Shown piece by piece: positions 52,175 through 64,000 of a DNA stretch of 64,000 nucleotides; the first letter of the stretch is position 1, and every line of letters begins with the position of its first letter. Where the stretch lies: contig CP075493.1 of NCBI GenBank assembly GCA_021613535.1, positions 1,488,001 to 1,552,000 on the forward strand. The letters are read 5' to 3'. Below the pieces are notes generated by a model that saw only the letters and a list, made by a program, of their open reading frames with translations, made no database searches and was not told the origin of the DNA. Position numbers and translations under genes: made by a program. Source of the DNA: Adineta vaga (taxonomy: Eukaryota > Animalia > Rotifera).

Positions 52175-54974
52175 CTTATATCTTTTTTTTTCCTGTTATG
52201 ATTACAAAGTGTAAATACTAATGTGTCAATGAGTCATCACAATAGGTGTCAGCTGATTTGATTCGTCGAAAGAAATTTCATTGACTTTCACTATTCATTC
52301 ATTCATTCTTCAATTTTAATATCCCGAGAGATTTGAAATTGAAGATTTTAGTTGTCTATATATATAGAAAGAAATACGCCATGAATAGAAATATAACTCT
52401 TGGGAATATTCTTTAAGTTAGAGTATTACATTACGATAAGTCAATCGATCATATATTGCAAATGAATTTATCGATCTAGTTTCATCCATTCCGACTGTGT
52501 TTCTCATGTGTTTTTTATTGATTGAAGAAAATCATTCATATGCACGAATATTTTGACGATGAAAGAAATACTTACACATTGGATTAACTCTATACAAGTC
52601 TTTTTACTCCTCTCTGTCTCTCTCTCTCTAGTGAGAAAGAATCAATAGGTTTTATTTGGTAACTATTTAGAGAACGGAAGCATTATAGATAACATGAAAG
52701 GTAAAGTCAATTAATTTGTTCCAGTATCTAAGCATAGTTTTTGTTCACATAGTGAATAGAAAGTCAAGAATAGTATTCTTATTGATTGATTGATTGTATT
52801 CATTAATATGTATATGTGCATCAATGAAATCGTTTTTTTTAATGAAGACATTTGATCAAAAGATCAAATCTTTGGATTAGGATAGATGATTTTATCAGTT
52901 ATCGAAATAATGATTGAGAATATCAAGATAAATCAACATTTATTTGTCTGATAACATTTAAGAAGAAGTTAAAAGGCTTTGTTTTCTATTTATTAATTAC
53001 TATCTTCAAGCTAAATAAAGACTATTATATATGATGAATTTCAACAGAATTATCATTTACGTTATCTAATATTTATTGATTAACTAAATGGATAAAAGAC
53101 CTACTAAATCTAATCAAAGTGACTTTTGTATTTCTTCAATTCTTATCAGTCTATATTTGATTAAAACAATAACAAACATCTAAAAAATATCATGAATACT
53201 TTCAAATAATAAAACATATTGTATATTCACAGATGATGACTGACGCTCATGATCAGTCAATATAGACTTTGTAATATGACGTTATTTTCATTAAAAACAA
53301 ATGGTTAGATTCGATTATTTTTTTAAAGTTTATTTTTCTCATTTTATCAAATGTTTAGTATGACGAAAATGGTAAATACTTTTGAATATCTTCTGATTAA
53401 TAAAAACCAACGAAATGTCATTGAATGGATGATCAAATTTCTTCCAGTACAAAGTGATTATTTTATTCATTTTACTTCGTCAACTTCTGTTTTTTTCCCT
53501 TTTCATAGACGTCTATTGTAAATCAAAACAGACAGATTTTCTTTATCAAATTGACAGTTGTTAAAAATAAATCAGATTCAAGCTTAATACCTTCAGACTG
53601 TTTGTATACAATCTGTTTCATTCCATGCTGATGAGACATTCATATGATTGTCATCTGACATTTAACATATCATAGAACATATATATATATCTTCATTAAA
53701 ACGATTATGTCTTTTTTCGAATTTTCTTTTCTCAATGTAATCGTTTGTCATCGAACTATCGTTTTCCTAGTTGAAAAAAAAAGATAGAAAACATATTATC
53801 TCTTATCTAATCATATGATTCATCAAAAGATTATCTCTTTGTCCTTTATTTTATTTCGATATGATAATTGTATCAATTGTCATTGTATTTAATCATCTTG
53901 TATATTGATTGAAGATTTCTATTGATCAATTCCATGGTATGAAAGAAAAGAAACGTATGAATAAGTTAGTTTTCTGCTTATAAACAATCAAATTGATAGT
54001 TGTAATGACAATCTTAGAAAAAGAAACTGACATATAACGGTCTCATCAATAAGAAACAGAACGAAATGTCGATAAGTTTTTTCTCCTTCTTCTTCTTCTT
54101 CTTCTGATCTAATTGAAGAAAAGATTATTTCTCATCTCGGTTTTTATGCTTCTGACACTTTTCTCTTACTGTCAATTCTTTTCTTTCGAATTAAAAAAGA
54201 AATCAACTCTTTCATTAATTCATCAAAAGAAGTCATGAAAAAAGTTTGACATAAAGATTAGTCTTTCCTTGATGAATAGAACAGAATCTTATCATAAATG
54301 TATCCTGAAGAAATCTGGTATTGTTTTCTTTTCTTTCCAAGAATTGAGAAGAAACATTTGGTCGTGGGCGCATTAAGAAGAGGTGGCAAGAACTAACAGC
54401 GGTAATCCGTTTGTTATTAGAAATAGGAATGATAGTTTTCTCGTAGCAAACATCATTAGAATACCATCCATATATATATATCTAAGCGTCGTTCAATAGT
54501 TGCACCAGGAGAATGTCAACAATTATCGTTGTATATGTTAGGAGATAATTGGCACACTTGACAATATGTGATGTGTCTATGCAGATTGACTCTTGCAATT
54601 TTTTTTCTCGATTACATGAAACAGATTCTTCGTCTCTCTTTCTCTTCTTTCTTTTCTCCTCTTTTCTACACTTTCCGACGTTCGTTGTGTCAGTTTTTTG
54701 TTTTCCGATCAAAATTCTAATCTTGTCTTCTAGCATTCTTCTTCTTCTTTTTCCTTATCTTTTCATCATTGTATAATAACAAGCATAACGAACTTAATAT
54801 ATATGTCTTTTTCTAGTAGAAATGAAATCAAATTACTAGCTTTTCTTCGGCACGAACTCACTTAATATCGAACAAAGCCGTGTTTGAGATACGATCGTTT
54901 CTTATTTTCTGCTTCATATGCATCAAATCACGATTACATCTTTTTTTATTGAACAAAATTTCATTTAAATTTTC

Positions 54975-55657
54975 ATGACAACATCATTTCAAAAGCGAGG
55001 TTTTCAATCATTAAATACTCGTCCTTCTCCAAATCGACCAATTTCTTTGAAAACATCTTCAAAATCATCACATAATGACCCGATCGTTTTCGGTCGTATA
55101 CCACTTTCAACGATTCGAAGTAGTACTATACCAACTCCAACATCTCCGAGTGGAGTTATTAAACCTATTCCAATACCAGAAAAACGACATTCATCAACGA
55201 TTAGTCTCGGAAATATTTTTCCTCGTCGAAAAAGTTTACAGACAACGGCAATTGCTACACGAAGGCAAAGTCTCTGGATGAATATTTCAAAAAATGCTCC
55301 ACCATCCAGTGAAAGTCAACATTCTATACTTCCATTAAGACAAGATCATTCAAGTTTAGTACGAAAGAAATTTTTACGTTTAGTATTAGTCTTTAGTTAT
55401 CTATTATCAATATCGATCTTAGCAATTGCTTTAGCAACATTCTATGGTTTTTTCTGGTCAGGTTATAGTACACCCCAAACAACAAGTCTAGTTGATATTC
55501 GTGTAACTACTCAATCTCTGATTTCATTTCCATCAAATACAACATCGGAAATAGAACATGTAAGTTGAGATGAATAAGTTAATTATGTATATATTCACAT
55601 TCCTTTTTTCTTTTTGTCTCATCTTGATAGAATTTATCTCAGAAAAATCCATCTTAA
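54975..55657 (+). CDS. InaF-motif single-TM protein (TRP-channel-associated family)
   Basis: KKFLRLVLVFSYLLSISILAIALATFYGFFW matches the InaF motif. Long Ser/Pro-rich N-terminus. Probable short last exon 55631-55657. Confidence 0.7.
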
Positions 55658-56638
55658 TATGATAACAATTAGAAGTTATTTGAATACATAGAAAAGATGC
55701 ATTCATTCGTATTGGTTATGTCCATCGTGTATGTGTGTATTATTTTCAGACGAAGAAATGGGTAATTGATAGAAAAAAGAAATTCTTTGTCTATTTATCT
55801 GTTTTTTGTTTTCTATTCGATTAGATATTTGGATATACACAAATTTAATGATGTCAATTGAAACATTTCTCTTTCTTCTTCTTCTTTCACAGCATGTCTC
55901 ATCATCCGGTTTCACTTCTCTCCTTTTGTTTAATGTCAATATGTATGTAACTGTTTTTTTTACTAATTATTACAGAGGATAATATGTGATAAAAGAAATT
56001 GAAATTTTATCTCTTTATTGATTAGTTATAGTTTAGAATTGTATTCTTATTTCTGTTAATATATGCAAAATCAGGTGATAAATAAAACACATTTTTCAAG
56101 AAGATAATAATAGATTGAATTCATTTCAATGAGTTTATTATGTCGCGAAACTATTCTTATCTGTAGGAATCAGTCTGAAGAGTATAATTCAAACATTATA
56201 TTACGCTCAAGAACTCAACTACTTCATAGTGACATTGTCATCTGAATATGCAATACATTTCGACAAAGTCACAGTTTGATGCATCATTGAATAATTGTTT
56301 TTGACAATAACAAATAAGATTTCTTGATTTCATATATCTATTCACAAATTCAGAGAGATTAATTCATTTTCTTGAAATTTGTTGTCTTTATATAACACAA
56401 GGATTGATGATCCATTATATATATTTGTTTTTCTTAAACTTAACAACAGAAAACAAAAAGAACAATAACCATCGATTTAAAAACGAACCAAAAACACCAT
56501 TAAGGATGAATAAAAAAAAAAGAAAAAGAAAAATCAACTCCCTCATTTTCGGTGTTATGTTGTAATAAATTAAGCATTAAAATAAGAAGACAAAACAAAG
56601 TAGTCATAAATACGTTGATTGATGAATAGAAATCATGT

Positions 56639-59282
56639 TTACACTGATTGCACAGAACCTGAGCATGTTGAACATATGTATATATTTGTATCAACAAATG
56701 CTAATTTAACTGTTGATAAACTATTATTTTGTCGTACAGAAACATTAGTTTGTCCTAATTCTTTGATTAATGATAATATACGAGCTTTTGCATCTCACTT
56801 AAGTGAGATAATGATGTCGTTTTATCACTAGTTAATGAACAATCGATTGTTTCGGATGATTCTAAAAACATCAAACAGATGTACAAAAATTATATATTTC
56901 TAAGCTAAATACGAAGGAAAGTTATTTAGTTTACCTGGAAATTCTGTTGGAGTAATTGGTATATTCAAAAACTGAATGATTAGAATTTCTAATTCTGATA
57001 TTTTTTTCTAAAATCAAAATCAAAATAATTTTTATTCGAACAAAAAAAACATCCCGAAGAATTGAAATTCTACTTGTAAATTCAATCGATCTTGTGTTAA
57101 TTGCGTAATAGAATCATCTTTTTCTTGATAACGTTTTTGAAGTTGTTCACGTTGTTGTTGATACAAACGAATATAATCACCTATAGTGTCCGTTTCACTT
57201 TGTAATTGAAGAATAACATGATCAAGTTCTTGGATACGATCGTTGAGTTGAGCATTTTCATCTATTACTCGATGATAATTTTGCTAGAAAAGTCAAATCA
57301 AATTTTACAATTTGATTTTTTTGGTGAAAAGTGAATTGAAATTCAATTTACCAGAAGTTCTTGGTCATTAATCGAATCGGATGATACTATTGAATTAGTT
57401 TGTCTTGATTTAATCTCTTCTAAACGTTCAGTTAATTGTTGGTTCGTATCTTGCATCGATTGAAGTTGAGTTTTTAGGTCTATGTATTCATTTGATTGGA
57501 ATTCGTTATTTGAATCTTTGGATTGATCGATTATTTGTTTGAGTTCAGCGATCTGTTCATCTTTTTCAGTTAGTAATCTAAATGGAGAAAAAAATTAGGA
57601 ATTTCAATGATTGATTCATTGACAAATTACTTTGCCATTTGTTCCAATTTAATTCTTAAATCTTCGTATCGATTTGACCATTGATCAATAGCATTTCGAA
57701 ATAGTTGATTTTCTTGTTGAAGATTATCATGTTCGAGAACAGAACTACGATCGGTTAATCTCAATTCATTTTGATGATTTTGAAGAACTTGATTGGTTTC
57801 AGTTAGTTGATTGATCTGTATGAAAAAGAAGGGAAAAATTGATTTCATATTATCAAGATTTTTACTTGATTTGTCAAATCTTGAATGTGATGTTGCATAT
57901 CTGTATTATACTTTTGATATTGTTCATTATCGGAACGTATTCGATTGATAGATGAAGACAACTATCAAAGAATATCGTAGAAAATGACTTGATGAATAAT
58001 GATTGTCTCTTACTTCTTCGATTTGATTATTTTTCATTGTTAGTGTTTGTTGCAATTCAATTGTTTGTTGTTCTACTAGAGTTGACTAATTAGAAAATAG
58101 AAAGATGTTTATTTCAACAACAAAAGAAAGTGAAAATAACAAACTTGAGATTGTTTGTTTAATTGTTGAAGTTCGATATTTAATCGTTCAATATGATTTT
58201 CTCGATCGGAAAGTTTTCCATTAAGTTCATTGATATTTTGTTTTAAATCTTCAATCAATTGACTAGAAATCAAAACTATACTTATATTTGATAATTCTGA
58301 AAAGAAATTTCTTTTACCTTTGTCGAATATTTTCAATTTTTAATCGATCATTTTCTTTATCGGATTCTTTTGCTGCCTAGAAAATGTTTCTCTAAAAGGT
58401 TTTTCAAATAAGATAAATCGTTCAAACCATTTCTCGTTTTTGTACATTTGATGTGGAATTTTGCATTTGTTTTTCGAGTTCTTGAACACGTTCACGTGAT
58501 GCTTTCAAACGTCCATATAATTCATCCATTTCACTTTGTTTTCGTTCCAATTGTTTAAATGATTGTGTTAATTTGGCGGATATATCAGTTTTTTCTGCAA
58601 CTAAAATTCCAATCGTTTGCATATGCATCTATTCAAATTGAATCAATAGAACACATTTGATTCAATTGAAAACAATATTCACTTCAAGTTGTTCTTGTAA
58701 ATGTTCATTATCACGACGTAATTTCTGTTCGAAATCAACAGATGTTTGACTGGAAAGACGAGACTAAAGAAGATTTATTATTGACTATGTTTTAGCAAAG
58801 GTAATATTTACCATGGTACTTCCACCACTGGATAAACGTTGATTTTCAAGACGTATTTTGTCTTGTTTTGGATTTTCGATCACTAAACCAGATTGATGAT
58901 TTTGTTCCTTAAATATACATATGAGATTAATGGAGTTGTGTTAATCGGCTTACTTTTTGTTTGTCGATATTTATGTCAGGTATATTTTGATGAGTTCCAT
59001 TGAAAGGAACTGATTGTGGTCTAATTAAGAATAGAAATTTTTTATATGTACTTTGAAATATTAAATTCACTTACATAATATTGTGATTTACAATCGAGTC
59101 AACTGTTGACTGCAAGAAAAAAAACTTATGAATAGAAAACTTAAAGAAAAGAAACTTACTCCATTAGATGGATGACCATTATTTCCATTTGTTTCATTTT
59201 CATTTGGTTGTTGTTGATCACGAAATTTTTTTAATTTTCGTCGAGCATTCGCTAGATTTTCTCGTTTTTCATCGTCGACCAT
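56639..59282 (-). CDS. GOLGA2: Golgin subfamily A member 2 (GM130)-like, multi-exon, frameshift in last exon
   Basis: MVDDEKRENLANARRKLKKFR, HMQTIGILVAEK, long coiled coils, LQLQSETDTIGDYIRLYQQQR. C-terminal ARILSLIKEL...CSTCSGSVQSV is out of frame after about 56800. Confidence 0.85.
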
Positions 59283-59795
59283 GTTTTATTTTTCTTTTAG
59301 CACACAAAATTTTGACATGACAATTGATTGTACTATTTGACGGTACTTATTGGATTGAAACCATCATGTTTGAATGTATGTCTTCGTAACAATAGATGTC
59401 TCTATTGCACATAATAGAACACATGTATAGAAGAGAATTAATAATTGGTCGAATTGCAGAATAAGGAAGAAGAAAGAGGCTAGTGTACTGATTGGTTACT
59501 TAATTCGTATTATATGATGTGTAGACGTCGTTCAATTTCTTTTTGTTTATTTTTTTTTGTTCGTTCTGTCAGCAAAACAAACCGCATCACTTTTTTTCTC
59601 GGAAACAATGCCAGTCTTTGGATAATTCATTTTATATTTATTCGTCTTGATAAACTTTCTATCCAGTAATAAAGCTTGACAAATTATCTACACGATGATG
59701 AATTGATGTGACGAGAATTTACAATTATTTTCTTGTTTTAGAAGAATGTACGAATTTTTCCAGTGAATCTGTTTTTCCCCTTCGAATACTAAATA

Positions 59796-62700
59796 ATGGC
59801 TTCGTGCATGTATCGCGTAGGCGGTAAGTGAAACTATAGGATGTATTATTCAGATCAAGAATTTACCATTGTATCATTTAGATTATGTCTACTTTGAAGG
59901 AAATCCAACGGAACCATATTTAATTCGACGAATAGAAGAATTGAATAAAGTATATTGACAAAAGAGATGTTTCGATTTTGATGAAAAATGAATATTATTC
60001 ATTTAATTTAGACTCCAAATGGTAATGTTGAAGCACGTGTTGCTTGTTTTTATCGTCGCCGTGACATATCCTCCTATTTAGTCAATCAAGTTGATCGTCT
60101 TAAAATCGATGGTAGAAAATTCTCTCTCTCTCTCTCGTCTTTTTCTTCTATTCTATTTCTTTTCTACAATTAAAGCTCCATGGGAAGATGATGATGAAAT
60201 AACGAATGATACATCTTCATCAAGTACAAGTGGACAACAAAATGAACTAAGTGATACACATAAACATCAACTACGCCATCGAGAATTATTTTTAACACGC
60301 CAAAATGAAACATTATTAGCGACAAATATACGTGGAAAATGTTTAGTTACATTACATAATGAAACAGAAACATTTGTATCTTATCTAAATTCAGAAGTTT
60401 GTATTTCGCTTTCTGAAAGAAATCGATGATAACGATTGTTATTTTCGAAGGATCTCTTTTTTTATCAATTGGTCTATGATCCCAATCAGAAAACGTTGAA
60501 TGCCGATCGAGGTGAAATCCGTGTAGGTGGAAAATATCAAGGTGATGTTCCAGCTCAACCTATTTCAAATGATGGAACTGAAGGTAAGAAGTAAAGAATC
60601 CATGAAAATAAACACATGATATCTTTTTTTATGATAGATAATTCGCCATCGAGAGAAGATTTAATTTGGGATGCAAATGGTGGTCTAACAGAAAAACAAG
60701 TTGAACAATATTTAATTGTTGCAAGGTAAGCATTGATTGTGTTCTATCAAATCAATGGAATGGTTATTTCTAGATCAATTGGTACATTTGCTCGTGCACT
60801 TGATTGTCCAACAGCATTGAAACATCCAAGTCTTCATATGAGTGCTGCATCAGCATCTCGTGATGCCACTTTAGTAAGAATGCCATGATATGATTATTGT
60901 TTTTTATTTAATTCAAATATTCGTTTGTAGTTTTTTGCCATGGATACATTACATAAACATCATTATGATCTAGCAATAGCTACATGTAGTTTAGTACCAA
61001 ACACCGGACCTATACTTGTTAAAGATCAAATGGAAGATTGGTCGGCTGCCGAAGCAAATTCATTCGAAGATGCAATTGAAAAATGTGGAAAAGATTTTCG
61101 TGAAATACAAAAAGAATATGTAAATTTACGATTTTTTTCTTCATAGAAAGATTTTGTTATCGTTTATTTAGTTACCATGGAAAAGTTTAAAAGGTATCAT
61201 TGAATATTATTACATGTGGAAAACAACGGATCGATATGTTGTTCAACGACGATTAAAATTAGCCGAACAAGAAAATAAACTCAAACAAGTTTTCATACCA
61301 AATTAGTTCGTAATCAAAAATATTTTGTTTTCAAAGAAAATATTTTCCATTTGTAGTAATAAAGCACATCAATGTCTACTTCCTCAACGACCACAAAATG
61401 AAAGTAAACCATGTGAATCATGTGGATGTATGTGAAAACGAGTTTTCTTTTTCAAACAAAAACTTACATCAATATTATTTTAGCAACATCATCTGCACAA
61501 TGGTATCAATGGAGTACGGCACAGCCACATACAAGACTTTGTGCTGAATGTTGGACCTATTATAAGAAATTAGGTGGTTTAAAATATCCGAAAAAAAGTG
61601 GTATGAAATTGATAAAGAAAAGATTTAGTTTTTAATATATTATTTACTTTTCTAGGTCCTGATCGACGACAAGGTTTGCAAGATTTTGTTATGCATAAGT
61701 GAAAATATTTCTCTATAATTTCTTTTTAGAACGTGCTGCTAATGTCAATAAATTGGTTAGTTATAAATGTAATATTAATGGTTGTGAAAAAGTAAATATT
61801 CATTTGTTTTTTACGAAGAAAAATCTATTATAATTCGAATTAAGGAATGTAAAAATAAATCAGCTCTTCATCGTCACTATGCTCTTACTCATGGTACCGC
61901 ATTTCGTTCTGGTAGTCCTCGTCCATTATCAAAACCACGCAATACATTTTCTTTATATACTACACCATTAACACGTGTTGTCCGTCCATTATGTTCACTT
62001 CGTCATCTTGCACGTTGTCCACTCTCTAGTATCAATATGAGTGACACACTTCAACAATGGGAAAATTATGTTAAAGACAAACCATGTGTAGATATTCGAA
62101 ATATTGCTGCACGTTTTCATGATCTTTATCGAGAAAGGGCTGAAAGTAAAAAATTAAAACATTTAAATGATATTTTTCCTCGTGAAAATGAGAATGATCA
62201 AAAGAAAACATTCGATGAAAATATGCCTAAATTTGAAGAAAAAACGAAGAGTGATGATGAAATTAATCTATCAACACGTTATCCAAAGATTCGAAATGAT
62301 CCAGGAGATTTCTATGCACAATTTACGCATTCAAATTTGAGCATTATGAAAAAACGACCGTATGAATCAAATGAAAGTTCAAATGAAGGTAAGAGAAAAT
62401 AGAAAATTCTCTTCAACAAATCAATATTTATTTTTCATCAAAGGTCCGTCACCAAAACGAACATTGATTAGTCGACAAAATTTAATTAAAACAAAATCAC
62501 CCGTAAGTAATAAATGTTAAAAGACGCATATTTAACACTATTAGTTCTCTTTCAAGGGCACAGTCAAGTTATCACGTTCACGTGCTTATACTGTTCCATT
62601 TGTTGATCGTAAGTTTAATCTTTTGATTGCACACATCTATTTACATTCAATGATTATATATTCTTTAGCACCCGATGGTATTTATCTCCGTGTTACAAAA

Positions 62701-63034
62701 GATATCAAGTAAGATTCATTTTCTTCTATCATAAACACGATAATTTGAGATCTGAGTATACATATATTGACATTGACCGTCATAGTTATTACAGTCACTA
62801 ATCATTTTTTACTTGAATGGTCTCCATTGATAAAGACTTAGAAATGTACGAAGCCTTATTTAATTAATTTTACACGATAAACTTCATATAAAACTTTCTC
62901 TATTGTGAATATTTAGACGGTTACGAAAAGAAATTCCTCAAAAGGAAATTCGTCGTATTGCACGTGCACCATGGAAGAAACTCAATACCAATTTTGTCTC
63001 GTATGTTGATGATGATATAGTTGTACTTGATTAA
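59796..63034 (+). CDS. MTA1: Metastasis-associated protein (NuRD subunit; BAH-ELM2-SANT-GATA), multi-exon
   Basis: [117 protein letters not shown], terminal DIVVLD. MTA1/2/3 co-orthologue. Confidence 0.96.
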
Positions 63035-63841
63035 ATCAATGTGCATATGTGCGGCTTTCTTCTTCTTCTTCTTCTTTTGTATATAATACATAATCAATTT
63101 GTCTCTCTCTCTCTTTTTGGATCGGAAAGAGAGGAAAAAAAAGGATCGAAAGAATTTTTTGTTGTTGTTATTATCATTGACTTTTCTTCTTCTTTCGTTA
63201 TTCAAATTGTATGTGTAATGATGAGATGGTAAACTTCAAGTTCATTCATTCTCTTTTTCATATTCTATCAATCATTCTCGTTCTCTTTGTCTAGATCTTT
63301 CTTTTTTTTTCTTGTCCAAATAAACAAACCAACAACAAAACGATTCATGATTGAATGTCTTTTGATTACATATGCTTTATGTGCGTGTGTATTGATGTTT
63401 TCGAACATTGAAATGATATGCTCGAGTGAACAATAGAGTTGTAAATGACAATGATGAGGTGAAGGGCTTCCTTTTTCTTTTCTTTTATTTTCAATTTTGA
63501 TTGTATGAACACACATGACAAATAGTTGAAATTATATACATATATGAAGAGTGTCAAATGAACAAGTAGAACGATGGACCAACTCAATGTTCAAAAATGG
63601 GCGAATTCATTACGGCAATCTCCAAGAAATGTCTCTCAGGTGAGATTTTTTACATGAAAACTAACATAGAATATATGAATTTTAATATTGTTTGTGCTGT
63701 AGTGATGTTTTACATCGGTATTGCTAAAATTCTCAAACAAAAATTTTCATCATATTCAATATTCTTTCTAGATATGATTGCCTTACTAATCTCTTTCCTT
63801 TTAAATATCTCATTATAAATATTATTCTTACCTTTTTTTGG

Positions 63842-64000
63842 ATGTCACAGAATCTCGATTATTGTCAATTGGCGGCTGCAGTTGCCTCACCACCTACTCC
63901 TCATAAAAATCCCAATCGAATTCCGATACGTCAATATTCTGTTCCAACATCACCTGAATTTAATCTTTCGTCGAATGAATCATTCCCATCATTATCAATT
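63842..64000 (+). CDS. Partial ORF or exon running off the window end
   Basis: Open frame MSQNLDYCQLAAAVASPPTPHKNPNRIPIRQYSVPTSPEFNLSSNESFPSLSI with coding-like composition. May be a new gene or a downstream exon. Confidence 0.4.
   Translation, partial: MSQNLDYCQLAAAVASPPTPHKNPNRIPIRQYSVPTSPEFNLSSNESFPSLSI

Noticed and set aside
53628-53660. CTGATGA-GACA...TGTC resembling a hammerhead ribozyme core
   Set aside because: The required GAAA after stem II is missing, and no stems I or III are evident.
1-64000. CRISPR arrays, rRNA, tRNA or intact transposase/reverse transcriptase genes
   Set aside because: None seen by eye. The DNA is eukaryotic with no regular repeat-spacer pattern. A covariance-model scan would be needed to exclude small RNAs.

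Overview
This is AT-rich eukaryotic (animal) DNA with many 45-70 nt GT-AG introns and compact genes. Intron size, composition, several genes of apparently non-metazoan origin and TGAGGG/TGTGGG telomere-like hexamers suggest a bdelloid rotifer (inference). Recognisable genes in order: NAGLU(-), PSMD12(-), an intronless DUF4139-like secreted protein(+), SNAPC4-like Myb protein(-), CDK5 activator p35(-), a small PB1-like ORF(-), FAH(-), HSD17B12(-), a divergent U2AF1(+), a frameshifted RERE/atrophin(+), TDP2-like EEP nuclease(+), MARVEL protein(-), an orphan secreted acidic/basic prepropeptide(+), N-formylglutamate amidohydrolase-like(-), FUSC/ALMT-like exporter(-), transgelin/myophilin(+), CDP-alcohol phosphotransferase(-), InaF-motif protein(+), GM130/GOLGA2(-) and MTA(+). 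Decayed patches of TE and gene debris lie at about 0.4-3 kb, 8.9-10.7 kb, 16-19.6 kb and 23.7-25.1 kb. The best leads are: (1) an operon-like HSD17B12-FAH pair with a 66-nt spacer ending in an unpaired splice acceptor; (2) short telomere-like hexamer tracts at breakpoints of truncated debris; (3) a candidate antimicrobial or neuropeptide precursor next to two putative HGT genes, with a decayed paralog 34 kb away; (4) frameshifts in RERE (BAH decay and an 8-bp duplication) and GM130 (at a perfect 18-bp palindrome). All gene models were assembled by eye and no database searches were run.
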